This document shows, one piece after another, positions 12,185-24,965 of a stretch of 64,000 nucleotides of DNA. The stretch spans positions 383,594,001 through 383,658,000 of the forward strand of contig OZ024740.1 of NCBI GenBank assembly GCA_964016885.1, read 5' to 3'. A program made the translations under genes and the position numbers. Source of the stretch: Eledone cirrhosa. Lineage: Eukaryota. The notes under the pieces are model-generated. The model saw only the letters and a program-made list of their open reading frames with translations. It was not told the DNA's origin and searched no databases. Numbering within the stretch: position 1 is the stretch's first letter; each line of letters begins with the position of its first letter.

Positions 12185-14488
12185 GCTACTGGAGATCTGT
12201 ATGGGAAACGGATGACGGATTTAACAGACAAGCTAATTGGCTAAAAGAACTGGAACAGGACTACTGCCAACATGTCCAGACAAAACAATATGACATAGAT
12301 GGGTCAATACTCGAAACAGCTCTACAGAAAATGTCGAATAGGAAATCACCAGGCCCAGACCTCATTACAGGATACTGGTTGAAGAATTTCACTTTCTATC
12401 GGCAAGATCTCATACGGCTGTTTACAGAAACCATTAAGGGCACACAAGAACTGCCCAGATGGTTATCAACTGCCACTACTCTCCACATTCCCCAAAATAG
12501 CCAAACCACCCTTGCTAAAAATTACCGCCCAATTGCCTGCCAAAACATCATGTATAAATTATATACTGGGTGTCTTAACCTGTTATTACAGGACCACTGT
12601 GCTACCAACAACATCATAACACATGAGCAAGCTGGTGGAAAGAGGGAGGTGTGGGGTTGCATAGATCACCTACTAACTAACAAAATCATTCATGAAAAAA
12701 CAACAACGAATCGCAGAAACATGACTGCCGTGTGACTGGACTATCAAAAAACATTTGATAGTGTACCTCATGGGTGGATTATTAAGGCTTTACAGTTAGC
12801 TAGAGTCCCACAACCATTGGTAGCTGCTGTTGAACGCCTGACCAAGAACTGGTACACCAATTTGATCCTTAGAGGTGAGAGGAAGCAGGTTAAGACTGAT
12901 AAGATACGATACCAGAAGGGCATCTTTCAGGGTGATATAGCTTGTCGGTGCTACTCTTCGTTCTCTCACTGAATCCACTATCTTACCTACTCAGGAAACA
13001 AGGTGGACAAAGAAGTGGGTCCAGAAGTATCTCCCATCTTTTCTTTGTTGATGATCTGAAGTTGTATGGGCCAAATATCAATGACATCAAGAAACAATTG
13101 GACTTTATTACACAATTTTCAACCGACATCAAAATGAAATTTGGTGAGTCCAAGTGTGCATATTTGGCAGTAAAACGTGGAAGAGCTGTGCCCTCCTCTA
13201 CAAATCTAGAGATGAACGGCCTGACAATACAACCTCTGCAGTTAGGTGACAACTACAGATATCTTAGACAGGATGAGAATGTCAGATATGATGGACCCAT
13301 AAATAAGGAGAGAACCAGAACTGAATACCTCAGAAGAGTAAAGAAAATATGGTCATCAGAACTGTCAGCATACAACAAATACATTGCCCACAATACTTAT
13401 GCTGTGCCAATTCTAACGCCAACATTTGGCCTACTGAACTGGTCATTGCAAGAACTAAGTGAGATGGATGTTAGAACTCGAAAACTTCTCAGTGTTACTG
13501 GCAATTTTAACATCAATGGTGATGTGGATAGGCTATACTTCTCACGCAAGGAAGGTGGCCTGATATAAATCTCTCACCCAGAGAAATCGGAAGATCCTAT
13601 TCAATGTTCAAACAAGATAAGAAAATTGACCAATTTACAGAAAAAGTTGTGCATGGATACTTGAGGCGTAAAACACAGACCATAGAGGGGATAAACCACT
13701 CAAAAAGCCTGGCATGGAGTTCCGACAAGTGTATGACATCACACCTTGAGGGATATCTCTATGCAATAGAGGAACAAGAACCTCCTACCAAATATCTGCT
13801 GCACAAAAGAGGAGGGCCAGCAGCTGACAATAAATGTAGGCTATGTAAAACAAAGATCGAGGATGTAAGCCACATTGTTGCCAGCTGCGAAAGAATGTCA
13901 TCTCGCTACTACCTCCCCATGAGACACGATGGGATTGCTAGAACCATCTGGAACGCACTTCGGAAAACAAAATTAACAACAAACAAGGAAGAATATATTG
14001 AGACAGATGGCACTAAGGAATACTGGTGGAACCTGAAAATAAAATCTGCCACCAAATTAAAGCACAACCGGCCTGATATTGTAGTTTGGGACCACACATT
14101 GAAAACGTGTTCTGTTGTGGAGATCAGCTGCCCACTTGATGTAAACGTTGTCAGAAAAATACAGGAGAAGGAGGACATCTACGGACCATTGATGAGGAGT
14201 TTACAAATCCAGTATCCAAGATACACCTTTAGCTTCATACCCATCATTATTGGTGCTACGGGTTATATACCAACCCGCTTGGACCAAAGTATGACTGAAC
14301 TTGGATTTGCGGACAAAAAGCGCAGCTCCCTAATTCATAGTCTGCAGATGGCTGCGATAGCTGGCACCTTCAAAATTTGCAAAACATTCTTGCAATTCAA
14401 GGGATGACAATTTCTTTTCTTTTACAACCTTGCCACCAGGAAGGTGGCCGGTCAAAAAAATATACTCGAAATTAAGAGAAAGAGAAAA
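12185..14488 (+). mobile_element. 5'-truncated R4/Dong-clade RLE non-LTR retrotransposon (family A) inside (TACA)n
   Basis: NYRPIAC, EQAG, HLFFVDDLKLY, CRLC..EDVSHIVASC, RHD, RPDIVVWD..VVEISCP. Very similar to 52260-54736, with a ~169-bp internal deletion. CATA repeats on both sides. Confidence 0.92.
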
Positions 14489-14995
14489 CATACATACATA
14501 CCACCATCCTCAGTTTTATATATATACATTTATAGATTAAAATAACAGATTAAAGTTTAAGCAAAGAATCGTTGCTTTCACCCTTAACGGGATCTTCTGA
14601 AACTAAAAACATCAATCTGTGAACGCAGAAGTAAATATTTCGAAAACGTTGCAACCGAAGGAAAACAAGTAGACGATACTTTAGTTCGTGAAGACGGCCC
14701 TGGCAAAGAACGGATAATAGTAAACATAATACGTCATCAATGTTAGTCAGAATGTCGTAATGCAGACAGTTAGGCATACAGACAGATATTATAAGAGCGC
14801 GACGGATATGAATAACCAGCGCTTAACACCCATTTAAAACAGAAAATTGAAAAATAAAGGCGGCAGTTAATATTTTTAGACCGCTAGGAATATATAAATG
14901 CAAGTTGGAAGTCAATCGGAATAGAAATGTGGATATGTATAGACTTTGCAAAAATGAAGACACACACACACACACACAGACAACACCAGTTTTAA

Positions 14996-15031
<36 letters not shown>

Positions 15032-15494
15032 ATGTGTGTGTGTGTGTGTGTGTTTGTGTGTGCGTTTGATGTGTGTGTGTGTGTGTGTGCACGTGTGAGT
15101 GTGTGTGCACGTGTGAGTGTGTGTGCCTGTGTGTATATCTATCTATCTATCTATCTCTCTATATATATATATAGATATGTGTGTGTGTTTGTGTGCGTGC
15201 GTGTGTATGCGTGAGTGTGTGAGTGTATGTGTATGTACATGAGAAGTGTGTATGCACGTGTGTGTATGTGTGTCTACAAAACACATGTATGCGAACCTAA
15301 CTATGTAAATTTATCTGCATTCGCTTTTCTTTATTAACTCAAAACATAAAAAAAGTACTCAATAGACTTTTATATTTGAAATATGTGTTATGAGACAAAT
15401 GTACATAGATCTATATAAGCGCAGACAATTTTGATTGTACGGAAATATAATTCGCTCAAATATTTATTATATATACCATTTCGTGCAATGTATT

Positions 15495-15552
<58 letters not shown>

Positions 15553-15562
15553 CACACACACG

Positions 15563-15642
<80 letters not shown>

Positions 15643-15923
15643 GATATACATAGACATATATGTATATATACATATATAGACATATATAGACATATATAGA
15701 CATATATATATATAGAGAGAGAGAGACATACATAGACATATATGTATATATACATATATAGACATATATAGGCATATATAGACACACACATATATATATA
15801 TATATATGTATATATATAGACATATATGTATATATATGTATATATATGTATATATATGTATATATGTATATATATATATATATATATATACACATACACA
15901 CATACACACACACACACACGCAC

Positions 15924-15976
<53 letters not shown>

Positions 15977-15977
15977 A
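15495..15977. repeat. Compound (CA)n/(TA)n/(GA)n microsatellite field (also 14959-15270, 16927-17028)
   Basis: Visible runs. Confidence 0.95.
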
Positions 15978-16925
15978 GTAATAAACATATGTATACATAC
16001 AACTACAACACACATACGCTCCCACATAACATATCTAATATATACATAAAATAATAAATTTATAAAGTGTGTACATATTTCTGTAATAATATTCCTATTG
16101 AGGCTTTATAATAAATAAATAAAAAGAATCTATTTCGCCATTCATATAGTTCACTTATATTACACGTTATATTTTATTCTATTTCATTTTCATGCTCTAC
16201 ATTCAGTCATTAATTCATGCTCCATTCTATAACTTATTTCACTTCATTATAACTTCAGACATTTTATTTCCGATCACCCATCTACACGAAACGACACCAT
16301 ATTTTCAACCATATGCTTTCTGATCTTTTTAGCATTTATTATAATTTGTTGTCGTTTCAATCATTTCCATGTTATATTTATTTTAGATGGGTTGTAATGA
16401 AATTCTTCCGTCGGTACCTACTACGAGTGTTCAAGTTGTTCGTAGGACGAAATAGCCTGCGCGAAAAATTAACGCGTGCGGGACATTCAGGGTGAGATAA
16501 TTTGTCAAAGGTCTGGCATTTTGATATGCACATACGAATTATTTTGCAAGCTGTGTAGGTGGAGCAACGTCAAATAAACTGTTTTGTTCAAAGACAAAGC
16601 ATGGTAGAGAGAGAGAGACGATCAATTAGACATACATTCGTGGGCCGAACACTTGAAAGGCACCTTCAATTCTCTGTATATAAATAAGTATATATATAAA
16701 ATAATACACATACATACACACACATACACGAACACACATACATACACACACATGCACACATACGCACACACATATATATATAAAGAGAGAGAGAGTGAGA
16801 GGGGGTGAGAAGGAGATAGGGGGTTGTTCTGGTGAAAATTTCCATATTTATATGCTAATCAGAAATAAATAACAACGCGGATCCTTGTACATACACAAAC
16901 ATATATCTGCGCCTGTTTCTCTCTC

Positions 16926-17031
<106 letters not shown>

Positions 17032-17290
17032 GTCCTGTGACACAGGATAGCTTATACAACAAATGTTGACAATTTCTTCAATATATTCTAGTCATAACGG
17101 AAACGAGATTTCTAAAACCTACTAACTCAAGATAAATAATTCCACAGGTTCCTGTGCCAGAAGCATTCGTGTTATGAATCAATCGATGATTCTAGATAGA
17201 CACAAATATACAGGCACACACACGTATACACACACATATGCAACCATACACACACACACGCACATATATATAAAGTATATATATATACAT

Positions 17291-17446
17291 ATAAAGAAAA
17301 AGAGATGAAATAGAAAATGCAACTGGAGTCTTATTTTTTTTTTTTTTTTTTTTTATTTATTTATTTTTTTTTAAATATATATATTTATTTGGTTCCTTTA
17401 CCGGTTTCGCAGTTCTGCTTTTCAAAACGTGAGTTGAGATGGAGGG

Positions 17447-17508
<62 letters not shown>

Positions 17509-18328
17509 TATATATATATTAGAAAGTGAGGTTTTTTTTACAAAATGAAAAATAACCGAGGTGTCCTACACGAGTGGAAGTATAAAGAAAAAGGGATGAA
17601 ATCGAAAATGCAACTGAAATCTTATTTTTTTTAAAAATATATATATTTATTTGGTTCCTTTACCGGTTTCGCAGTTCTTCTGCTTTTCAAAAGGTGAGTT
17701 GAGATGGAGGATCTGTGGTTTTTCTCACATCTGGTTGGTCTCTAAATGTTACTTGTTTTATATGGAAAAAGTGTCTCGAAAACCAGGTTTTTCGAGAAGT
17801 AATTTGATTGGTTTGTCAATAATTATAATAAATTTCGCGCCAGTTCGCGTTACAATAGTTCTTCAAATAAGAGAGGGGGGGGTTGTCACAGGTTGTTTTT
17901 TCATATATGAGTGTTTGAATTTCTTTTTACTTGAAAAAATGAGGCTCACGAAGGCTTTTTTTTGGTTTCAAGTAAAAAGAAATTCAAACACTCATATATG
18001 AAAAAACAACCTGTGACAACCCTCCCCCCCCCTCTCTTATTTGAAGAACTATTGTAACGCGAACTGGCGCGAAATTTATTATAATTATTGACAAACCAAT
18101 CAAATTACTTCTCGAAAAACCTGGTTTTCGAGCCACTTTTTCCATATAAAACAAGTAACATTTAGAGACCAACCAGATGTGAGAAAAACCAGAGACCCTC
18201 CATCTCAACTCACCTTTTGAAAAGCAGAAGAACTGCGAAACCGGTAAAGGGACCAAATAAATATATATATTTAAAAAAAAAATAAGACTTCAGTTGCATT
18301 TTCGATTTCATCCCTTTTTCTTTATATA
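17291..18328. mobile_element. Inverted PLE pLTR pair (arms ~17580-17936 and 17966-18328) plus a partial direct copy at 17291-17450
   Basis: ~350-bp near-perfect palindrome with a ~30-bp spacer; each copy carries a hammerhead; (TA)n flanks. Confidence 0.8.
18213..18250 (+). ncRNA. Minimal hammerhead ribozyme, U3-A8 core variant (mirror copies 17657-17694 - and 17395-17429 -)
   Basis: CCTT-TTGAAAA-GCAG-AAGAA-CTGC-GAAA-CCGG-TA-AAGG; all three stems pair; stem III palindrome ACCGGT. Confidence 0.8.
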
Positions 18329-18339
18329 TATATATATAT

Positions 18340-18950
18340 GGTGGCTGCCAACTCGTTTTCGATTACAGCCACTACTTTATATCCATGTAGGAGAACCCCT
18401 ACCGTTGCGCTGAACGAGTGTGACTTTTTAGTCCAGCCAGCGACTTGAAAACTCTGGTACAAACACTACACTTGTGACAATTATTGACACATAGTGCTGG
18501 GCCCATGGTACTATGTGACGACACGTACAGAGAGATCTGCAGATAAAAAGCAATGCCTGTGCCGTGAAGCTTTTATAGTGAGCAAAGGCACTGCACAAAG
18601 CCAGTCCCACTCTCTTAACCAAGATGATATTTACCAAAAAGAATAAGTCAACATCATTGGATACCATCAGGGTTGCAGGTGTTATATCAGGGTTTTCCTT
18701 CTCCTAGAATTCTGCCTTGACAAAGGCTAAGGGCTCATCTCTCCCGGTGATTTTGGATGGCCATTGACTCTTAAGAACTCCTTTGCCCTTTGACAGGTTT
18801 TGTTTTTAGTCCTGCAGGATGTCCAAAGTCACCCTCCTCACCAAAAATCATTGGTGGGGTTGCCAGTTTAGTTATGTCACCAGTTGGTGCTACTGCTAAC
18901 ATGTATCCCAATTCATCCTGTCTCATGGTCGGGTCGTTGGGGACTAATTG
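18340..18950 (-). mobile_element. RTE-related non-autonomous element, near full length, with an inverted 5' ~75 bp
   Basis: Same family as 5181-5628; the 5' segment (18875-18947) is in the opposite orientation relative to the copy at 19020-19415. Confidence 0.7.
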
Positions 18951-19019
18951 ATTATACATACATACATACATACATACATACATACATACATACATACATA
19001 CATACATACATACATACAT

Positions 19020-19415
19020 GAGCGACAGTAGCTATAACCCGAAGAGAAGAAAAGATTAACATCATCCGTTACTACGGAGCCGCAGGTTTTATATCGGAGT
19101 TCTCCTAGTTTCCTGTGTTGCTTTCTCCTAGAAGAATGCCCTGGCAAAGGCTAGGGGTCCTTTACTCTCAGTGGTTTAACTGAGTGTACATGTGTATATA
19201 CATATTTACACATTTTAGGATGGCTGTTGACTCTTACGAGTTTTTCCGCCCTTTGTCAGGTTTTGTATTTTGTCCTGCAGGGTTTCCAAAATCACCCTCA
19301 TCACCAAGTACACTTAGTGCGGTTGCCGGTTTAGTCGCCGACGATCCGACCATGCGACAGGTTGTACTGGGTTACATGTTACCAGGAGCACTCAAGAGTG
19401 ACCCGAGAGTGACCA
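19020..19415 (-). mobile_element. Diverged 5' part of the same RTE-related family, between (TACA)n runs
   Basis: Alignable to 18650-18950 (GGTGA..TTGGA..CCTGCAGGAC..AAAACCTG.CAAAGGGC; TCTAGGAGAA). Confidence 0.65.
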
Positions 19416-19438
19416 TACATACATAATACATACATGCA

Positions 19439-19469
<31 letters not shown>

Positions 19470-19516
19470 TATATAGATAGATAGATATATATATAAATAG
19501 ATAGATATAGAAAAGT

Positions 19517-20792
19517 ATGGCCCCGACGGCAGAGCTCAAGCCGTCTCGACGGCTATTTCTGGACTAAAGTAAGAGTTTTTTTAGTCTGGTAAATAAATAG
19601 CCGAACTTTTCAAGGATACTTTCTCATATGGAAAGATTGTAGTTGTCAAGGGGATTGGTCAACATTTGTAGCAGACACAGAAAGGTCTATTATGGCAGTG
19701 GGTGGGGGTGGGGATGGCTGAACTTGCCAGTAGAGCGATAGTGGAGTGGGTAGAGCCGGTCAAGCGTAGAAGGTGAAATCTACACGGCAGATTCTAAGGA
19801 ATGTGTAAGAAAGTAGGCCAGAGAAAGTTGGCGAAAAATGGTATCATTCGAAAGTGGAGGAGGGACGTTATAGAAATAGTAAATCAAGTGCGATTAGGGG
19901 ACAAAGGAAAAATATAATAAAAATATTTCGCCCAAAGCCACAGATTGAGTTGCTTGATGAGAATAATTAAAAAATTTAGAATTAAAAATTAATACCATAT
20001 ATATGGTGTCTAACACAGCTTCTATGAATAGTTAGTATAGCGTAATCGGCGAATGCTATCTGTAAGTTACTGGGACGGGGGTACTGAGGCTAAAGAGGCC
20101 CGATGGGCTGCCTCCGGGTAAGTGAAAGGGGACAAAAAACAAAGAAATGAACGAGGAAGAAGTTCGGTAGTGGAAAGAATTGATAGTTGGAGACAAAGGG
20201 AAGAAAAACATGGAGGAAAAGAAAAGAGGTACATTTTCCTATATCGGTAGGAGTTTACCCTATCTTATTCGGCAAGTGGGGTGTTTCAGCACTAGTCTAC
20301 CCACCCGAATCGTTAGAGGTTTAAGGGCGAGGTAGGTCTCCCGCAATCTGTGTTTGCATGCAGTTACCAGTTCGTCTTTTTTTGTTTAGGAGTTGATCCT
20401 TCGTAAACAGCATTTGTAATGTTTCCCCCGAGCATAAGTTACACGGACGGAGTCCTCCCGTGTAAGAGTAGAGCTCTGGACAGTAAGCTCCAAGTAAGAT
20501 GGTAAGTTATATTATTATCTTAGAGATCCCAGATATTGCCCGAAGGTGTGGTGGCATGTCGCCGGACCATGTTCTGGAACGTATGTCGGTGTTGGTAGAG
20601 CCGGGTCTTAAAGTCACAAGCGGTTAATCCTATATAAGCTTTGTTGGAGGTGGACGTCCTCACGTTGCACTGGTAGATCACGTTACGTTCTCGGCATCTG
20701 TTGTTGAGAGGGGACGTAGATCCATCAGGGATCTACGTGTATTGAGTACTCTGGTGCGTTATGGTCCATCTGCTTCCTTACCACAACTCCTC

Positions 20793-20795
<3 letters not shown>
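19517..20795 (-). mobile_element. 5'-truncated PLE (Nematis-like GIY-YIG at ~20310-20715) with 3' UTR and an inverted tail piece at 20735-20795
   Basis: Manual translation PLNNRCRERNVIYQCNVRTSTSNKAYIGLTACDFKTRLYQHRHTF..IWDL..CNLCSGE..LLNKKDELVTACKH. Not in the ORF track; clade assignment is from memory. Confidence 0.8.
19521..19617 (-). ncRNA. Type I hammerhead (U3-A8 variant; GAAA mutated to GAGA in this copy)
   Basis: TCC-TTGAAAA-G..CGGCTATTT..AAATAGCCG-TC-GAGA-CGGC..GCCG-TC-GGGG. Half-copies at 38.17 and 45.78 kb retain GAAA. Confidence 0.65.
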
Positions 20796-20859
<64 letters not shown>

Positions 20860-20862
<3 letters not shown>

Positions 20863-20955
20863 CTTATTGGCAACATGACCCTCCCAAAGTATAACAATAT
20901 CGGTTTCAACATACGTTTTCAGAAAAGGAATCTTGCTAAACAAATTCAGAAACGA
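20860..20955 (+). mobile_element. Short 3'-terminal fragment of the Naiad-like PLE including tail extension (rearranged copy at 31271-31340)
   Basis: TTCTTATTGGCAACATGACCCTCCCAAAGTATAACAATATCGGTTTCAAC..; matches the reverse complement of 38299-38395. Confidence 0.8.
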
Positions 20956-21076
20956 TATATATATAAAGATTTACATATACACAAACTAGACAAAGCCACA
21001 GATATATATGTTTTTGTTTTGGCAAAAATTCATGATGTGGCTCAATGATGAATTAATAAATTAAATAATCAGAGCA

Positions 21077-21485
21077 ATATACTATAAAGTATGTCCATAG
21101 AATCATTTGATAATATATATACACCATTTCCTCTCCCAGTTAGCTTAATTAAGGACACACAAAATCAATTAGACCAGGCTATAAGATTAAAAGGCACCTA
21201 TGAAGAAATAGTAGATAAATAAACGACAGCAATCTCTTCGCGGCTGAAGGCCATAGAATATTTACCCAACATTTCAACACAACATGGAAATCGATTAAAT
21301 ATACGGTCAACCATACATAATTAGGTATAAAATTAAAGTTAGAAGAAATGCATATACACATACCAGGATTACGTTTCTACCCTCGGGTTTCGTTCGCATT
21401 GATTTTTTGTGTGGTTAATTATGCTAACTGGGAGAGGAAATGGTGTATATATATTATCAAATGATTCTATGGACATACTTTATAG

Positions 21486-21489
<4 letters not shown>
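21077..21489. repeat. ~75-bp inverted repeats (21077-21152 / 21415-21489) around a ~260-bp spacer
   Basis: TATACTATAAAGTATGTCCATAGAATCATTTG.. and its reverse complement. Confidence 0.85.
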
Positions 21490-21520
<31 letters not shown>

Positions 21521-21569
21521 GTATGGATGTATATATATATAACGTGATCTTGGCGTATGCGTAAAGTCC

Positions 21570-21710
21570 TGGAGCTCAGTGGTTAGATAATGGGCTCAGG
21601 ATGACCATATGCTATATTCCCGGACTGGGCGGTGCGTTTTATCCTGGAGCAAGAAGGTTTATTTCACGTCACTCCATAACTCTCAATTTGGAAAGTTAGT
21701 TACCGGTATA
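21570..21710 (+). mobile_element. Decayed tRNA-derived SINE, second family (other copies ~26870-26994 -, ~56690-56933 -)
   Basis: Head GCTCAGTGGTTAG..TTCCCGG followed by a GAGCAAG..TTTATTTCACGT core shared among the copies. Confidence 0.55.
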
Positions 21711-21881
21711 CTGTTGATTGTTTTTTTCTTTCTCATATCGGGCTCGTAGAGAACGTAGCATGTGATTTTTGGGTGTTGTAGAGTTCCGAAAAGGTTCCTT
21801 GCATTTGCCTGGGAGAGGGGTACACTTGGTGAATTACTTATCGGCGCAAATAAATGCCCTTCCTCACATCGGGTATCCCCC

Positions 21882-21883
<2 letters not shown>

Positions 21884-21962
<79 letters not shown>
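21884..21962. repeat. (CT)n microsatellite
   Basis: Visible run. Confidence 0.95.
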
Positions 21963-21966
<4 letters not shown>

Positions 21967-22169
21967 ATATATGTTTGTGTGATTACTTTGTGCTGCTACT
22001 CCGATTTTGATTGCTGCTGATAAGTTAACTGGAATTTATGTTTAGATACCACAATATATATGGCAAATAAAGTAGGTTTAGGTAGATGCGTGTACTTGCA
22101 TCGGAGTGGCATACACCTCGGCCTCCACTTGTTTGAGTCATATAAATGACGTTGTAGGGTTGTCGTTGA

Positions 22170-22700
22170 TAAGTTTCGCTAGCACCCACTGTCATGCCGC
22201 CCGAGCGCAAGTTGTTTCCCCCGTCATGCCTCTCTCTAGGACATAGTGAGAAGAAGCATGGATTCATCTGGCTTCCCATCACAACAGCAGATAGTAGGCT
22301 TCGACCGCGGAGACGGCAAGTGCCCCGACGGAATTACCGTCTTCCCATTCGAATGAGGCAGATCCCTTATCTGTGTCAGCACAGATTGAGACACGTTCTC
22401 CGCACTCAACTTTGTTGCTTCAGCCTCAAACGCCGGTACTGCGGCCCGCAATACAGAGCAAAGGAAGAGAACAAATCCGGGCATTACCCAGTCGGTTCTC
22501 TTGGCACCTGTCACCGTTGAGACACCAGGCATACTCAGACACCGGACTACCAAGCTCCTCCGCAAGATTGGAATCTCAACAGCCCGTCTGATGAAGTAGC
22601 CCCGCGAGGGGAGTGGCTGTTTCAACGGGTGTTGAAGGGCATTGTCCACGGAAACGCTTTCGTAGTTTGTCCGCGTTGCGCAAGCCCAACAGTGTCGCAC
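22170..22700 (+). mobile_element. CRE-clade non-LTR retrotransposon RLE endonuclease remnant
   Basis: Manual translation DRGDGKCPDGITVFPFE*GRSLI..DTFS..AGTAARNTEQRK..PVTVETPG..WLFQRV..HGNA matches the CRE pattern DGKRPDG.T..PW..G..DT..AG.AA..E..K..P..VET.G..QR..GNA. Confidence 0.75.
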
Positions 22701-23672
22701 CATAGGTCCATAGCTCATCACCCTTCCCCTTCTCCCTACGTTTCTCATGTGGCCCTAGAGTCCTGGCTTTTCCTCTCCTTTTCCTCTCATATATGGCTTT
22801 TATAGTCCTTTCCTCTACGTTCACATACAGCCAGATCTGCTCTTCTTTACCCCTTTCCCATTTTCTCATTACTCAATTTTGCTTTTATCTTTCTTTTTCA
22901 TATATTTGTAATCATGTATGTTTCTTAAGCCAACTTTATGAATATTATAATGTTAATTATAAACTAAATGGAACTGACTTTTTTTCATAAGAAATAGATT
23001 TTAAGATATAAAAAAAGAAGTTAAGATATTTATTTCATCATTATACAACACACATTCACTTTTCTGCAAAACTCTGTGTCGTAAAATTATTCCTAAAAGT
23101 GTGATCTACGGCAATTCGTAACACACGGAGTAGCTAAAAGTGAGTAATCTCGGTAATATCGTAAATTTGAAATGTTCCACTGTGGTATAAAACGTATAGT
23201 AGTAGCAGAAAATATGTATCTAAACTACAATGAATAACTACTCTCTACTTCTATATTAAGTACTTATTCTCTTGTTTGTAAATTCAATCGTACTTCATAC
23301 ACTCAAGTATATACAGAATGTTTTCCAGATTGTCCAGGAAAAAAGTGCTTCTATTTAAGTAAAATGTCTTTAGATGTACAAGCAAATTTCAAGACAAATA
23401 TTTGTGTACAAGTACAAAGGCTAATGTAATTATTTTTGTTCCTTAAAGTATTATAATAAAGATAGATTTAGATAAAATTTAATACTTTGTATTAAATTGG
23501 TGTTCTAAATTGGTTTTATGTATACAAATGGTTCTTGAAAGTGTTTTGTATCTATGTTAAGCTAAATCAGTAAATAGAAAACTTAACCCAACTCGTGTAT
23601 TCGCTCATATACGCACAAACGTATGTATGTGTGTGTTTGTTTGTAAGCATATATAAGTACACGTACACGGGC

Positions 23673-23707
<35 letters not shown>

Positions 23708-24764
23708 GATATATATGTATATCCACCCATCTCTCTATAGATAAGTGTCTCTAAATGTGATGTGTCCCTCAATAATTTATGTTTTTGTTTGCGTCTAATT
23801 TTCAGTAAGTATATTATGTGATCATATATAGATGTATATATGAATTGCATTCATATATACATCTATATATTATCATACATGTGTATGGGTGTTAGAATAT
23901 ATAGACATCTATTGAATTAAGGAAATATTTACACTTTCTGAAATCTAGTAGTTTTTTTTTTATTGAAATTGTAAAATACAATTTCTCAAAATATATACTC
24001 ATAACAATAAATATAATTAATAATTACAAACTTTACAATCCAACTTTTAGCCATTGTTTTCAAAAATTAATCATAATGTTTCTGAAGTATATTATCCCAT
24101 TAATGTGCTAGAGCTGAATGGAAACAGACGGCAGAATATTTGCACTATTGTATAATGTGTAATACATTTTTAGTTGAGGCTGGTTAAATTCTATTGTTTC
24201 TTCATTTTATCGATGACATCTATTCTGTACTTGGTATATTAAGAATTTGATAACATTCGTTTTGTTGACGTGTGCGTACAATCGAAAGAGATGATGGAAT
24301 AATATAGATGAAGGAATACTATAGATGATGGAATATTATAGATGAAGTAATTTTTGTTTATCCCCATACCATATTAGGTGAGATCTATGATGAAAGACCT
24401 TCAAGTGATAATCATTTTATACATTGCAGAGATACACACAATAGTATACACACAATAGAGTACATAGCCTGAAGATTAGTTGATAACATAGTTGCTTCTG
24501 CGTCGGGCATAATTTGAATCCTAGCATAGGTTTTATACTCGAGTCATGCAATCTTCCTGTCAGATACTGCGCCCATGTCAGTATCTAAAGTGATATTATA
24601 TCTAGCAGGACGATTTTTGTTAACAGTTTTTTGCTGTTTCTGTTTCTGTTCCTGTTAATGTGGGCATGTTTAGAGGGCTTGGGATACTTACATTTATTTC
24701 AGTCTATTTTAAGAGTTGGTTTTATTCTTATTTTATTTTATACCATGGTTTAAGAGCATCATTA

Positions 24765-24965
24765 GAACGACAGATGAAATGCTTGGCTGCATTTAGCTAG
24801 GGCGCTTTAATTTCTAAACTACGGTCAAATCCCTTCGAGGTCCACTTTGTCTTTCATCCTTCTACGACCAATAAAATAATGTACTTGCCACGTACTTGAA
24901 TTCATATAATCGGCTTTTTCTTCCCTCAAAATCAAATCGTTGGTTTTGTACTTAAATTAGAAATC
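24765..24965 (+). mobile_element. Decayed copy of the tRNA-derived SINE seen at 11745
   Basis: GGTCAAATCCCTTCGAGGTCCACTTTGTCTTTCATCCTT..ATAAAATAA. Confidence 0.6.
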
